DNA of 64,000 nucleotides from Callorhinchus milii (Eukaryota), in the NCBI RefSeq assembly GCF_018977255.1, contig NW_024704897.1, positions 1-64,000 on the forward strand, given 5' to 3'. How positions within the stretch are numbered: the first letter of the stretch is position 1; every line of letters begins with the position of its first letter. Under the pieces are notes generated by a model, which was not told the DNA's origin, ran no database searches, and saw nothing but the letters and a program-made list of their open reading frames with translations. A program made the translations under genes and the position numbers. Shown piece by piece: positions 27,039 through 38,869 of the stretch.

Positions 27039-27111
27039 GGCGCCTTGGCTTAGCAGGCAAAGCGCCTGTCTCATGAACAGGAGATCCTGGGTTCAAATCG
27101 CAGCGGTGCCT
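27039..27111 (+). pseudogene. tRNA-Thr-type body carrying a CAT anticodon (27072-27074)
   Basis: GGCGCCTTGGCTTAG...AAAGCGCCTGT-CTCATGA-ACAGGAGATCCTGGGTTCAAATC matches the vertebrate Thr family; one T-stem mismatch; shortened D loop. Confidence 0.75.
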
Positions 27112-28522
27112 TCCTGAATAAACATCACAGTGTTGGTTCCTGCTGGCATGATTGTCACAGCTTGTTGAACACTACAATTTTCTTCGCTACCAATAACAAG
27201 TTTAGTGTATCTGAAAAATAAGTCACCACTTTTCGGTGAAATCTTCAAAAACTTTCACTCGGCCATTCAGCTTACAATTTTCCTGGTTGAGTCTATACTG
27301 CTATTGAGGTTTACGGCCGTGGCAATGCGTCTGTCTGTCTCGGTAATACAGGTGGCGATTCTTGGATTCGTTCCCAAATGTTAATCAGGATTCGAAGGGA
27401 TTCAAGTGGGTTTTATAACCTCCTCAGCTCTTTGAACTGTATGACACGTTCACGGAAGGTACATTATGGTAAAAGTATTATTGTCACTATCAAACAATAA
27501 TCATAATTAATATGTCGATCAATCCACTGCTTTGTTTGGGACACTGCTGCGTACAAATTGATGGTAAGTTTCGCCCATATAACATTCAGGGAATTAACAT
27601 TAGAGTATATACTTTGTCAGCATTGATAAGTCATGAAGCGATAATATGGTGCTACACCAAATGCAAGGATAATAAGAATACTAAAAGAAATATTTGTATT
27701 TAAAGAGATATCTGGCAGAAGTCAGGGGAGTATTCAAACACACAAAATAACCCGTATTCAATAAATAAACCTTGTGATTTACGGAGGAAGAAAATCACCG
27801 CCAATAGCATTATTTGCACCACGCAGCTCCGAAATTGGTGTAACCACAACCACCCCCTAGCTAATTGCAACAGGTTTGTCAGAGATAACAGCAACACATG
27901 TGTCAGCGTGAACTTGAATTATTAATTTACAATGTACGACCTACATAAGTAAATCAACCCTCGGGATATGTGACAATGGACCACGGCAGCAATCGAATCG
28001 GCAATCTTCTGATTATCACCTATAAGCAGAACTTCCCTATTGCTTTATGCACAAGGGCATTTGGCTGATTTATATCCAAGAAGAAAACGGTCAGCAGAGA
28101 GCTTCTGGAGAACAAAGACTTGGAACATCCTGTGAGAGGATATATCATCTGGTGAAGGAAGAAAATCGTCAAGTGGATTTCAATTTAGTGTTTGCATTTA
28201 TTGACAGGAATGTTGTACTCCTACACCAGTATCACTGAGCAGTGTTCAGGTGGCGGGGGTAATGTAGCTATGTGGAAGATGATTTCAATACTCAACAAGA
28301 GGTCTCTGGTACAAATTCAACGAAACCCCTTCAATTGGGACAATTTTGCAAAGAAAACTGCGGTTATATTTTCACTTGACAAACTTGTGACTCGAGAATA
28401 TATTTCATTCCAATATTTCCAAAGAGAAAAAAACTGCATTCAATAAACGAAATTTGTGGGCATAACGGGCAACTAAACACGAAAATGCTGTTATTAGCAA
28501 CATGAACAAGACCATTAGCATT

Positions 28523-28603
28523 TGATAGCGGTGGGATTCGATCCACGTCCCCAAAGAGACTGGAACTTAAATTCAGCGCCTAAGAGCGCTCGGCCACGCT
28601 ATC
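28523..28603 (-). pseudogene. tRNA-Leu (TAG/AAG-type body, TAA anticodon), decayed
   Basis: GATAGCGTGGCCGAGCG...GGCGCTGAA-TTTAAGT-TCCAG; 1-nt T-arm deletion. Confidence 0.75.
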
Positions 28604-29122
28604 CCAGGTTTGTCCTTGTCTGCAATACTCACGAACCAACGTCGCTCACTACTTATGTTAATAAACTGTTCACTGCTATGATGGAGGCGCGGGGTCCATA
28701 TCAACAATCTGCTCAATTTTGTGGAGTAAAACAGCACAAACTTTACAAGCTAATGAATAATTTCCAGCATTGCTAAAATGATATTCAAACAAAGCTCTTT
28801 GGAGATTTCTTTTACTGACTAGCCTATTGCAACGGTTTTCAAATAACTTGTCAGAAATTATACTTGTTTCTAGCATCAGGTGCCATTGATTTGAAAATGC
28901 TCAACACGCGGTCACTCGCTTCAGGGCTGGAAGAACTTGAGCTCTTCTTACCTCCTTTTTCCAAGTTAATGAACTACTTTTCCTACTTGCATTTGGAAGA
29001 TTCAATTTCTTTCAGCTGTTACGTCACATCCCTGAATTGAATGAGTTTGGTGAATGATCCGAAAGTTAGGTGGAAAAGTAGTTAGATTTTATTCATTTCT
29101 CAGCAGTAATGAATTCACAGAA

Positions 29123-29195
29123 GATTCCGTAGTGCAGCGTTTATCACGTTCGCCTAACACGCGAAACGTCCCAGGTTCGAAACCTGTCGGAAACA
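29123..29195 (+). tRNA. tRNA-Val(AAC), diverged
   Basis: 73-nt match to Val consensus; intact anticodon arm TTCGC-CTAACAC-GCGAA; substitutions in the D loop and T stem. Confidence 0.8.
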
Positions 29196-30343
29196 TTTAT
29201 TTAACTTTTGTTATAAAATATTATTCTTTAGTGTTGACGAACACGCAATCATTCATTTGATTTGTTTGGATCCGCATAGTATACATACACTATGAAAAGA
29301 ATTACCTTTTTGTAGAGCTGGAAACAGACAAAGATTTCAGGCAACAAAAAAACATAAAACGTTGTTTCAGCTGATGAACTGAATTCCGCGACATGGTGTT
29401 GATCTGACATAAACATGAGAAGATTTCGTTCACGTTAGAACTCAACTTCTCAAATCGTTGCAGAATCGATTCCATTAAGGTGAAGGAAGTAACGTGACAA
29501 AGTTACGAATTGCGCTCACCATATTGTCGTATTAGCAAAAAATATCTCTTCAGAGTTTGGCAATGACAGTCAGGTATGGACAATTTTTTTATATGATTGA
29601 AAAACAACTTACATTTCATATAAGACAATACGAGTGAAAGGGTATGACCTGCAACTCCAAAGAAGTGTATATTGGTGACGAGGGAAGGAAAGTAGGGCGA
29701 TTTGGTATCACAGTGGAGATGGGAGACAGATGGAGATTGATTGGGGTAGAGTAATCCAGGTAGCTTTCCAGCGGTGCTGCTGTATGAATGAATGTCAAAC
29801 ACAGTCAGTGACACTGAAAGGGCGCGTTACGCACGGAAGGTCAGTGTGATCTCTAGGAGGTGGGCAGAGACTCACAGTGAAGGTCAGCGTTAGCTCAGTG
29901 CAGCAGGTGGGCAGAAACACCCAGGTAAAGTCAGTCTTAGCTCAGTGTAGGAGACTGGCAGAGATGTGGGAATCAGGAAATCAGAAAGATGGGGTTGTGG
30001 TGGTTCAAGAAATCATGTGAAGCTGACGAACTTGAAACAGACCGTTGAAATATAGCACAAAGTGGAGCCCCGATAAAATGTGGGGTAAATCTGGATTTCA
30101 GTCCACGATACACAATTTTGATTGAAGTGTATCTGCATTAAATTATCATGTTTGTTTCTGATAACATTTAATTAGAGGTCACCATGCTCACATGTATCTT
30201 GGAAAGAAGAAAATTAGAAATGATCTGTATGAAATGCGATATTTATCTCATATTAAAATGTCGTATGCTTGATGTAAAGGAAAGGGCGAAGAAACATTTG
30301 TATGTACTCCCTTCCATCCCCGACCAAAAAAAAGAGAAAAGAA

Positions 30344-30436
30344 ACCCCCAATAGGGACATGAACCCTGGATGCTCAGATTGCTATCAAACTGGAAATTTT
30401 AAAAGTCTGATGACCTACCGACTGAGCTATCCGGGC
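30344..30436 (-). pseudogene. tRNA-Lys(TTT) with 20-nt intron (30380-30399), decayed copy
   Basis: GCCCGGATAGCTCAGTCGGTAG..CATCAGACTTTTA | AAATTTCCAGTTTGATAGCA | ATCTGAG...; acceptor 3' strand and D stem damaged. Confidence 0.85.
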
Positions 30437-31504
30437 TCCATGAACTCTTTATAACACGACTGGTCTCGGTGTAACAGGACTGGTCTCTGTATAGCAGGCT
30501 GCAATATTCAAGATTGGTTAAATGTGGGGATAACAGATTAAGAATGTGGAGAGTGTACAGCGATAGATGTTTTGCAAAAGGCTAATCTCTCTCTTATTAT
30601 CTTCATTCGCTATGAAAACCAATAATTTGTTTGTGACTGGCCAAAACTCTGACCGGTGACTTCTCCACACCTGAACTGTTAGCAATGAATGCTTTAAATC
30701 TTGAATGCAAATATTAAACTTGAAATAAGCTGATAACGCAAGTGCTATACTGGATGTAACGGGTCCGTGAAGGCTGGATTATGTTCGTTGCATCGGCTAC
30801 AGCTGAATTTGGTACCGACCCGGCGGTGTTGTGAGGAAAGATGATTCAAACCTTTGTCAAACAGCCTGACAAACCATTACCCAAGCCCTGCCCCCACCAC
30901 ACCACCACCCCTCACCTTCTACTGACTCTGTTCCCGATTGAGTGGCCCCCCAAATCGCTGGGTTTTAGTACCCACCGCTCGGCCTTAGCACCGCCCCGCG
31001 CTCTCCTGACTCCGCTCCCGAATCAGCGATGTGTAACATAAACATATAGAAATATTATTCTGCTTCAGATACTCGTAAGATTCACAATGAGATTTTTGTA
31101 GGTGACAGAGACCCGACTGACCAGAACCGTGACTTTGTTTAATGGTAATCAATGCAACATATAATTTACAGCATCCAGTGAACTTTTTATTTGTTCTCGA
31201 GGATCTCAATCTTCTACTCAGATTGGAGAGATCGATGGAAGTAAATATTATTTTTCCCTTTCTATGTAAAACGAAAAAAACGTGAACAGCCAAGTTTTAT
31301 TTCAGAATGTACGTTACAGAATAATGCTTCCAATTGCTTATCAAATCTCCAAACATCTAAACACGACATGATGTGAACATGAAACGGTTTCCATTGTCGA
31401 GTCGACTGGTAAAAATTGGATAAAATAAGCGCTGTGGCATATGATTCTGGCGTTGTGGCAACGGATTACTATCAATTTGTCTGAGAAAAAAGATTTAGCA
31501 CATT

Positions 31505-32430
31505 GATTTAACAGAGCAAATGGGTATTTAAGAATAATCTTCATTTCCTCCCTAAACTTGTTCTGAGTAACGGCATATATGGAAATGTTCACACAGAAGC
31601 TCACACGCTGTAGCATCAATCCAGTCTGTTGGATGTTATACCGAATGTTAATGACTTTCTCTTCATAATTATAGTTTGAAATTGACCATCTTAACGGATA
31701 GACAACATTTGTCATGCACAAAGGTACAAAACTTGCCGATACAGCGAAGAGCAAAATGATGGAATTTTTCCTTTTCGCCATCTCGGGAATATTCTGTTCA
31801 TTACCACTGCTGTCACCCCGGATTCTTCTGCGGGGTTTACTGTCTACTAAAATGTGCCTGACAGCCAGAGCGTTGATATAAATGGATTCAAGTACAGGAA
31901 TAAACCGTTCGTACGCTCTCCAATATACTGATGTGCAAAAACTGGGATTTTCAATACAGTATTTCGGTTTGTTATAATCTGTGGCAAGTGGAACAAACAG
32001 AAGATAAACTGGAATGCCCTGCGCACATGTGAGCACACACAAGGTAGTAATGACCAAACTGACCGATTTCACAGAGCACTGTCTGCTTTTCATTTTAACA
32101 TAACATAACATAACATGTAGGAGCCCTTCGAGCCTGCCCCGCCATTCAATCCTGACAACAAGTGGCGACATAACGATCAAACGGGAAGGCAGCTGCTACC
32201 CAGATAGAGCATCGAGCAGCTGAACACAAAAGAATGTTTCTGAAGTTGCGCAATGCAAGAAGTGTAGTACAAGAAGCTTAAAAGGAAATAAATGTTATTG
32301 ATGCGATTCTGCATCACATCAAATATAATAACGATTGGATCCGTCCCTGCCGTGGCTACCAGGTAGAGATAACGAATTTTGAAAGACCGCACCTTTCCCA
32401 GGTCAGGAGTACATCCCCAAAGAGCTCACT
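31505..32430 (-). pseudogene. GPR139-like GPCR pseudogene, exon 2 (possible exon 1 relic ~32555-32640)
   Basis: CGLSK, YLVATAGTD, FDRYVATCC, KRKNSIILLFAVSASF and YAVTQNKFREEMK motifs spread over several frames; interrupted by a CR1 tail. Confidence 0.85.
32096..32151 (-). mobile_element. Short CR1-type 3' tail inserted into the GPCR pseudogene
   Basis: GATTGAATGGCGGGGCAGGCTCGAAGGGC...(TGTTA)n; compare the CR1 end at ~38.56-38.64 kb. Confidence 0.7.
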
Positions 32431-32772
32431 GAAAGGAAAACAATAACAGGCTAATGGCAGATCAGATTCTCATGAAAACACTCAAATTAGATTCATGATC
32501 ACCAGTTCACAGGAGAGGTTTGGTTGCAGAACAGTTTTGTTCCATTTCATCATACGTTCCCAGACAGCAGAGGATATATTTCCAACCTTCACAGCATAAC
32601 GCATAACGCGTGGTTCTGTTTGCGTGATTCTGTCTCTTTACCTTTGTGCCACACTTTGTTTTCACGCTTTCTACCAGTACGCTGTATTGAAGAGAAGAGA
32701 GCATGCGGTGAATGAATAGGGGAGATGCTGTTGCCAGAGCAGGGCCGATATTCCTGGCCTTTTTTCCCACGC

Positions 32773-32858
32773 AGGGATTTGCACCTCGAAATCCCGAGAT
32801 CCCAAGATTCAAATCCTTAATCCCGGGATTCAGATAAGGAAATGGGAATGCAATCCCT
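32773..32858. mobile_element. Tiny non-autonomous DNA transposon (MITE-like)
   Basis: Terminal inverted repeats AGGGATTTGCA / TGCAATCCCT; 8-bp flanks TCCCACGC and TGTCATGC match at 5/8. Confidence 0.4.
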
Positions 32859-33049
32859 TGTCATGCAGTCAATCTCTTAAAGTGTTCACAGAAAACCATC
32901 TCTCATGACGATCGTGGAATTTCAGGCATCGGCTGGACCTAAGTTCAGATCCTCTCGTGAGGCTTAAGTGTGATGTTTGAGTCAGAATAAATTTTTATGT
33001 TTATCAGAGGCTTTTGTTTAATGTTCGGACAGATTGCCAGACCTCAATC

Positions 33050-33870
33050 TCGTTTACAAGAACAACAACAGCAACAAGATTCCATTTATAGAGGGCCTTT
33101 CACGTCAGGAGGACGTCCCACGGCGCTATACAGTTGTGTCAGGACCCGAGCGAAGGGTAAATGGTCAGGATGAGGGTAGGGGTGGGTGGGAGCGAGGAAG
33201 TGGTAGAGAGTCGAGAGGGGAGCTGAAGGCTGAAGGTCAAATTGAAAGGTCTTGACACCGGCCTTGAAGGAGGAAAGGGAGGAAGCGGCGAAGGCACTGG
33301 GGGATAGAGTTCCAGAGCCTCGGGGCTGAGAGGCTGAAGGCTCGGCCACCAATTGTAGGGCGGATGGGGCGGGGGACGTGGAGCAGACCGGAGCCAGAGG
33401 AACGGAGGGTACGGGCAGGTAGGTAGGGGGATACTATGTCGGAGACGTAGGAGTAGCAAGGCCGTGAATGGCCTTGTACGTGAGGGTGAGGATCTTGAAA
33501 TCGATCCTCTGGGGGATGGGGAGCCAGTGGAGGCGAGCGAGGGTGGGAGTGATGTGGCCCCGAAGCCTGGTGCGGGACAGTACACGAGCTGCAGAGTTCT
33601 GAATGACCTGCAGCTTGTGGAGGGCGGTGCCGGGAAGGCCGGCGAGAGGAGAGTTCCCATAATCCAGCCTTGAGGTGATAAAGGCGTGAACCAGAGTTTC
33701 AGCAGCGTGAGGGGTGAGGTAGTGCCATATTCTGGCGACATTCCGGAGGTGATGGAAGGCGGTGCCAGTTGTGGCGCGGATATGGGGGTGAAAGGACATC
33801 TCAGGGTCGAACAGAACACCGAGGTTCCTGACTGGTTTTGAGAGGTGGAGAGTGCAGCCGATTTAACAAT
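33050..33870 (-). mobile_element. Young 5'-truncated L2 LINE
   Basis: FHHLRNVARI...LVHAFITSRLDYGNS...LQVIQNSAARVLSRT...LHWLPIPQRIDFKILTLTYKA; (TTG)n-type tail; very similar to the 63 kb copy. Confidence 0.92.
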
Positions 33871-34493
33871 ATCCTGTAATCTAAATTAATCTGAAATAAT
33901 TTGTTCAGGGCCAGGTTTTTTCTGAGAATGATCAATTTGCAGCAACATATATTTTAGTGCTATTGATGTTGCAGTGATGACAGGAGTTACCATTCTATCT
34001 GGTTGGGGATTTTGCATGTGGAGGTGGCTGTATGCAGCATTGCTACTTGTTGTTTTACACAATGAAACAGTCACATACAAGAGTGACCCCAATGTCTGCG
34101 CAATATGAACTTCCAAAGTTCACCGAACGGTACTATTCTCCACTGACATGACACAGAATTTGTCTAAACGTTCCTTGATATCCACAGTAACACAGAGCAA
34201 TTATTTTAAACACCTTGCAACATGATTATGTTTGCGAACCGTCACACACGCAGTGTCCAATCGCAGTCCTTCCCGACATAACAACGCAGTGTCACTGACC
34301 TGCTGAAATCAGAGAATATTACAGCATAAATAGCGGATCATTCACCCCAATCAAACTACGGTTCACTGTGCATGCTCAGTCTGATAATAAATCAATCTTC
34401 GGCTTTTCATTAAACTTGGATACGGAGACAGCATTGACACCAAAAATGTCCATCAGTCGGTTTAGAGTGGGAGGGCTACCTTTCCTCCCCTTG

Positions 34494-34532
34494 TGTATTT
34501 GTAGGAGTTCAGCCCCGTTTACTCTCTCTGTG
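34494..34532 (-). other. Recombination signal sequence, 23-bp spacer
   Basis: Heptamer CACAGAG (34532-34526), 23-nt spacer, nonamer ACAAATACA (34502-34494), directly after YYCARK. Confidence 0.85.
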
Positions 34533-34992
34533 TCTTTCTTGCACAGTAATAGGTGGCGGTGTCCTCCACTGTCGGGCATTTGATGATCAGATCGAATATG
34601 TTGTTGGAATCCTCTCCGATGACAGTGACACGGTTTTCCATCCCGGACACGAATGACTTAATGGATGAGCCGGAATATCTGGCGAGCCTTTTCCGCTGCT
34701 TCATGGAAACCTGCCGGTATGAGGCCATTTGGCTGCTGCTAAGATTAAGCTTGCTGTTTTCACAGTTCAGGACCTGGCCGGTTTTCCCGGTTAGATGCGG
34801 CGGCTGCTTCAGCACCACATCGAACTCGACCCCTGTAAAAAATAAATCATCGAAGATAATTATTTTGAAATCTCCTGTCTCTCTGACATTTCGAGAGAGA
34901 ATAACACGGACACAGGAACAGTGAAACAGTCAGTTATAGCACTCACGGGAAAAGACAGCCAACAGCACACTGAGAGAAATTAGGCACCTCAT
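34533..34992 (-). CDS. Immunoglobulin heavy-chain V segment, unrearranged and open, atypical framework (leader 34992-34947, V exon 34832-34533)
   Basis: MRCLISLSVLLAVFS-R (C|GTGAGT...TTTTACAG|GG) then VEFDVVLKQP...LNC...MASYRQ...RVTVIGEDSNNIFDLII...EDTATYYCARK; both canonical Cys present; conserved FR2 Trp replaced by Ser. Confidence 0.85.
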
Positions 34993-37900
34993 GTTTCTGG
35001 CCAATTGACAGAGCTGAGACTTGTGCCGAGTAACTGAGGGACAGAGAGCAGCCGGACAGATGGCCTCAGACCACAATGACCGCTGTTTAACAAGGGCCAG
35101 TGGGGCAGTTGCACGGGAATCGACCAATAGCTCCAGGACTGAGTGGAGTCACGTGCAGCATTCACTCTGACCCACACAGATCAATAATTGTACCTATACA
35201 TTCTGCATTTACAGAAAATTAATACTGATATCAGTTTCAAAATACTAACCCTCGCGGTGACCTTGAAGCACAGTGAATTAGTTCATTCCATTTCTTTTGG
35301 GGAGTGCTGGGGCTAAATTCAAAACAAATCTACAGAAACATTATATCAGGGAGCGGGCAAATATAGGAACAGGCTCCCTGGAAAGAAGGTGGAAGTAGAA
35401 AGTTTCAATAAATTAAGCAGCAAATTAGGCAGACTATTGTTAGGGAATAATATCTGGGTTTAAATGTACGTAATTTAGGACATAACACGTGAGACTGTCT
35501 GGTTCTTGGTAGGCGAAAAGTATAAACCTTGTTCTTTCCACGCCTAGGAATTCTTATATCCATCTTATTATTATAATAATTATTTGATAAGAATTATAAC
35601 AACAATAATCATAATTATTATTATAATCTTTGCATTTTATACAGTGGCTTATAAGGTCATTGAAACGTCGCAAAGCAACCAAAGTCCCAGCTTTAGACCC
35701 GATGAAAGAGCAAAGGCTGTGGTGTCCTCTAGATCAGGCTATGCAACACTTGCTTCGCAAGCGAGATGACCTGGATTGGATTCCACCGCAGGGCAAAACG
35801 TTGTGCACGTTTCCTTGTTCCACGCACATGCCTCTGCTTACCTCGCAGTAAGTAATAAACCCGTTGTTAGTCGATTGGTGAATTGCTTTTCCGGGCATAA
35901 TAATCCATTCAAAAAATTAATAATGTGCTGAGTCTGGTCACGCTTAAAAGATCGACTTGCCAAAACACTTTGTCAAACGTCAGAACAATTATTATTTATG
36001 TGTTTATACTACTGGAACGCTCTATAATCCTTGAGCAGATAACAATTCCATGAGCGGATCACTCACAAAATACACCGACCTTGAGGGAACGTGAACCATA
36101 ATGTAATTTAAAGTTATATAATAATGCTTGCATTCGATATAGCTCCTTATCGCCTGATCTAGACGTCGCAAAATGGTTCACAGAATATACTGTAAAATGT
36201 AGTCACTGCACATTTTGTGGGTGAAACACGGCAGCCGATTGCGCTAGTTTTTATCAAATTTTTGTTTAATTGTTATTCAATAAACGTTTTTCATGATGTT
36301 TTTATGAATGTGAGGACAATCCTGGTGAGCAGTCAATTTTGTTGTGTCTCGGAAGAAAGCACCACATTTGACAAATTTTGGAATCGGACAAATAAACTAA
36401 TCATTTAAAAATGATAACAATTTAATACATTTGAAAAAGGTCATTTAATTCTTTCTAATACAATAGTTGTCCATGCATTTGTGTTTTTGGTTTATTGACA
36501 GCATCTCCCGCATATAAGTAATATTATTTCCTGCTGCAATTAAGGAAATGGCAAGGCCTCTGGAACCTGCACTGGTACTTCTCCTTGAACTTCATTACTC
36601 AGCTCTGTCTCCATGTATCATCATGTCGTATCTTATCAAACCTATCTTCTTCCCTAATCCCAAAGTCCCCAAATGACTGTTACTGTGGCTTACTGAGGCT
36701 ATTCTTTCCACAGAATGTTGATTTATACACAGTCTGACTGTGAAAATGTTATCAGTATTTACAGTATCTGAAAAATGAACTTTGTTTGTATGTCATTGGT
36801 GCAATGAAGGAAAGATATACAGACTCGTTATCAGGAATATAATAATGTAGCCTCTTACACTCAGATTGTGATGTGGCTTTTTATTCCCTTGAGCGTGAAG
36901 CCGGTGTCAAGAAATCTTCTGAATTGTCTGTAATATGTTTCATATAAAACAAATAAGGGGAGATTGCTTAATTTAGCAACTAACACAAATCACGGCAAGT
37001 TCTCGTTCTCTTTTTATTGTTATATTGGTTTGGGATTCTTTGTGTTACTGCTCAATTCAAGACTGCGGGTTAACAGGAAATTATTGATTGCAGAGATTAT
37101 GTCGAAGAACCGTTTTTTAGCAAAATGCTACAAAAGTGCGGCCTTTTATTTGTAAAGTCCCCTTACTCAGCGCACTCTGGAAAGACGCTTCACACAGGAG
37201 GAGTCAGGCTGCCTGCAGGTGGGGCTGAAACTCAGAGCACAATTGTCAGGAAGCAGCTGTGAATGTGTGCAGTCAGTCAGTGATCAGCTTCCTACACTCA
37301 CACCGCACAGTCACACCCTGACCTTTCATACATTATTACTCATCACACCTGCAAAAGCAGCATCTGTCTGGTCAGCTCAATCAACCGGGTCATCCCAAGC
37401 TGTTGGGTCTTCTCAAATTGCTGCCTGTTTTATCTGTTTTCTATCTGCCTCACCATTTTCATCAGCGCATGAACTGTCTTCAAGTCTTGTGCTACAATTT
37501 TGTCAATCTACTGATATTACAAAAATAATAATCATAATAATAAACTTATTTTGACACACCTCCTTTATAATCTACATAACGTGGTGGAGTGTGGCATTCC
37601 TACGGATGTGGGAAGAAAGCTGAATGTGTCAGCATTTTGTTTTGGTCAGCTGCGACACACGCGGTACCCATCACCGTTGCTTAAGAGCCTCCAAAATATA
37701 CTGAAAATTGCATGCATCCCACGTTCACATTGAGATAGTATTTTGGGAACAGCTTTCCCGCTGCTTGTTCAGCTAGGAATACTATATCCATCAGGGCTTT
37801 GACTTCCAAGGCTAGCAGGAGCTGAGTGGGATGATTCCTTTCCTTCTCCATGCCGACTCCCACACCACCACAACCGAACCTCCCCGACCGCCACAACCCC

Positions 37901-38869
37901 CACGCAAACCCCCCACCCCTCCCCAGTTGCTGAGTGGCTATGAGTGCATATCAACTTGGAGCATCATTTTGTGAACGCCTTGATCGATTACCTCACCGAT
38001 ACATCTTTGCGTTTTTTTTAAAACATCCTGGTTGACTGTGTGTGCCAAACAAGCACAGACATATGCTGCAATATTGTTCATGTCAAAAAAATAAGGAGCT
38101 CAGTATTATGATACACACTTTCCCCATAAATTTCACAGTCATACCACTTCATAGCAAACTCATGAAGTGTTTTGAGATATCCTGCCAGCATAAAACAATG
38201 AGTATTACACTCTAAGGTTATGGATTGTAACATGTAAGCTTTATCGTGAAGGATTTACTGTAGTTCATAGCGCACAGTAGAGATAGTTTCTCAATGGGTT
38301 TCGTGGTGGGTCACCAAGACCAAGAAGTCTGGTACGTTACACTTCATTAGTTATAAATTTTGGGGGAGATTTGATTTTCTCAAAACAATTTAACAAGTTG
38401 GAAGTGTGCTCCCTGTCAATGCAGTCCAGAATTATCTTCCGAAAGGTTATTACTATTATATATTTGCCTTAAAATTCCTCACTCCGGAACATGTTTGTTG
38501 TTCTAAATGATAGAGGGATTAAGTTACATGGGGATAAGGCGGGCAGATGGAGTTAGAAGATCAGCCATGAACTTACTGAATAGCGGAGCAGGCTCGAGGG
38601 GCCGAACGGCCTACTTCTGATTCTAATTCCTATGTTCATATGATCCTATATATAATTGAAATATTGTGAATTTCTGTGGGAAACGATTCTTTGCTGACCA
38701 GAAATATGCAACGGATCAGACCATTGATCATTGGTAATGGAGTTTATCCTCTTTGGTTGGCAACAATAAATCATAATCATTGAATTGAATAACAAATATT
38801 TTGCTTCTGTCTTCACGTTAGAGTACACTGAACACTTGAGCCTAAAGTTAGTGGGAAACTTAAAGTAAT

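Noticed and set aside
30755-31040. Possible solo LTR (TGTAAC...ACA)
   Set aside because: No target-site duplication or second copy seen.
35000-35220. Ig octamer promoter upstream of the VH
   Set aside because: No ATGCAAAT/ATTTGCAT found; only a CACGTG/TGACTC element near 35146-35155, too weak to call.
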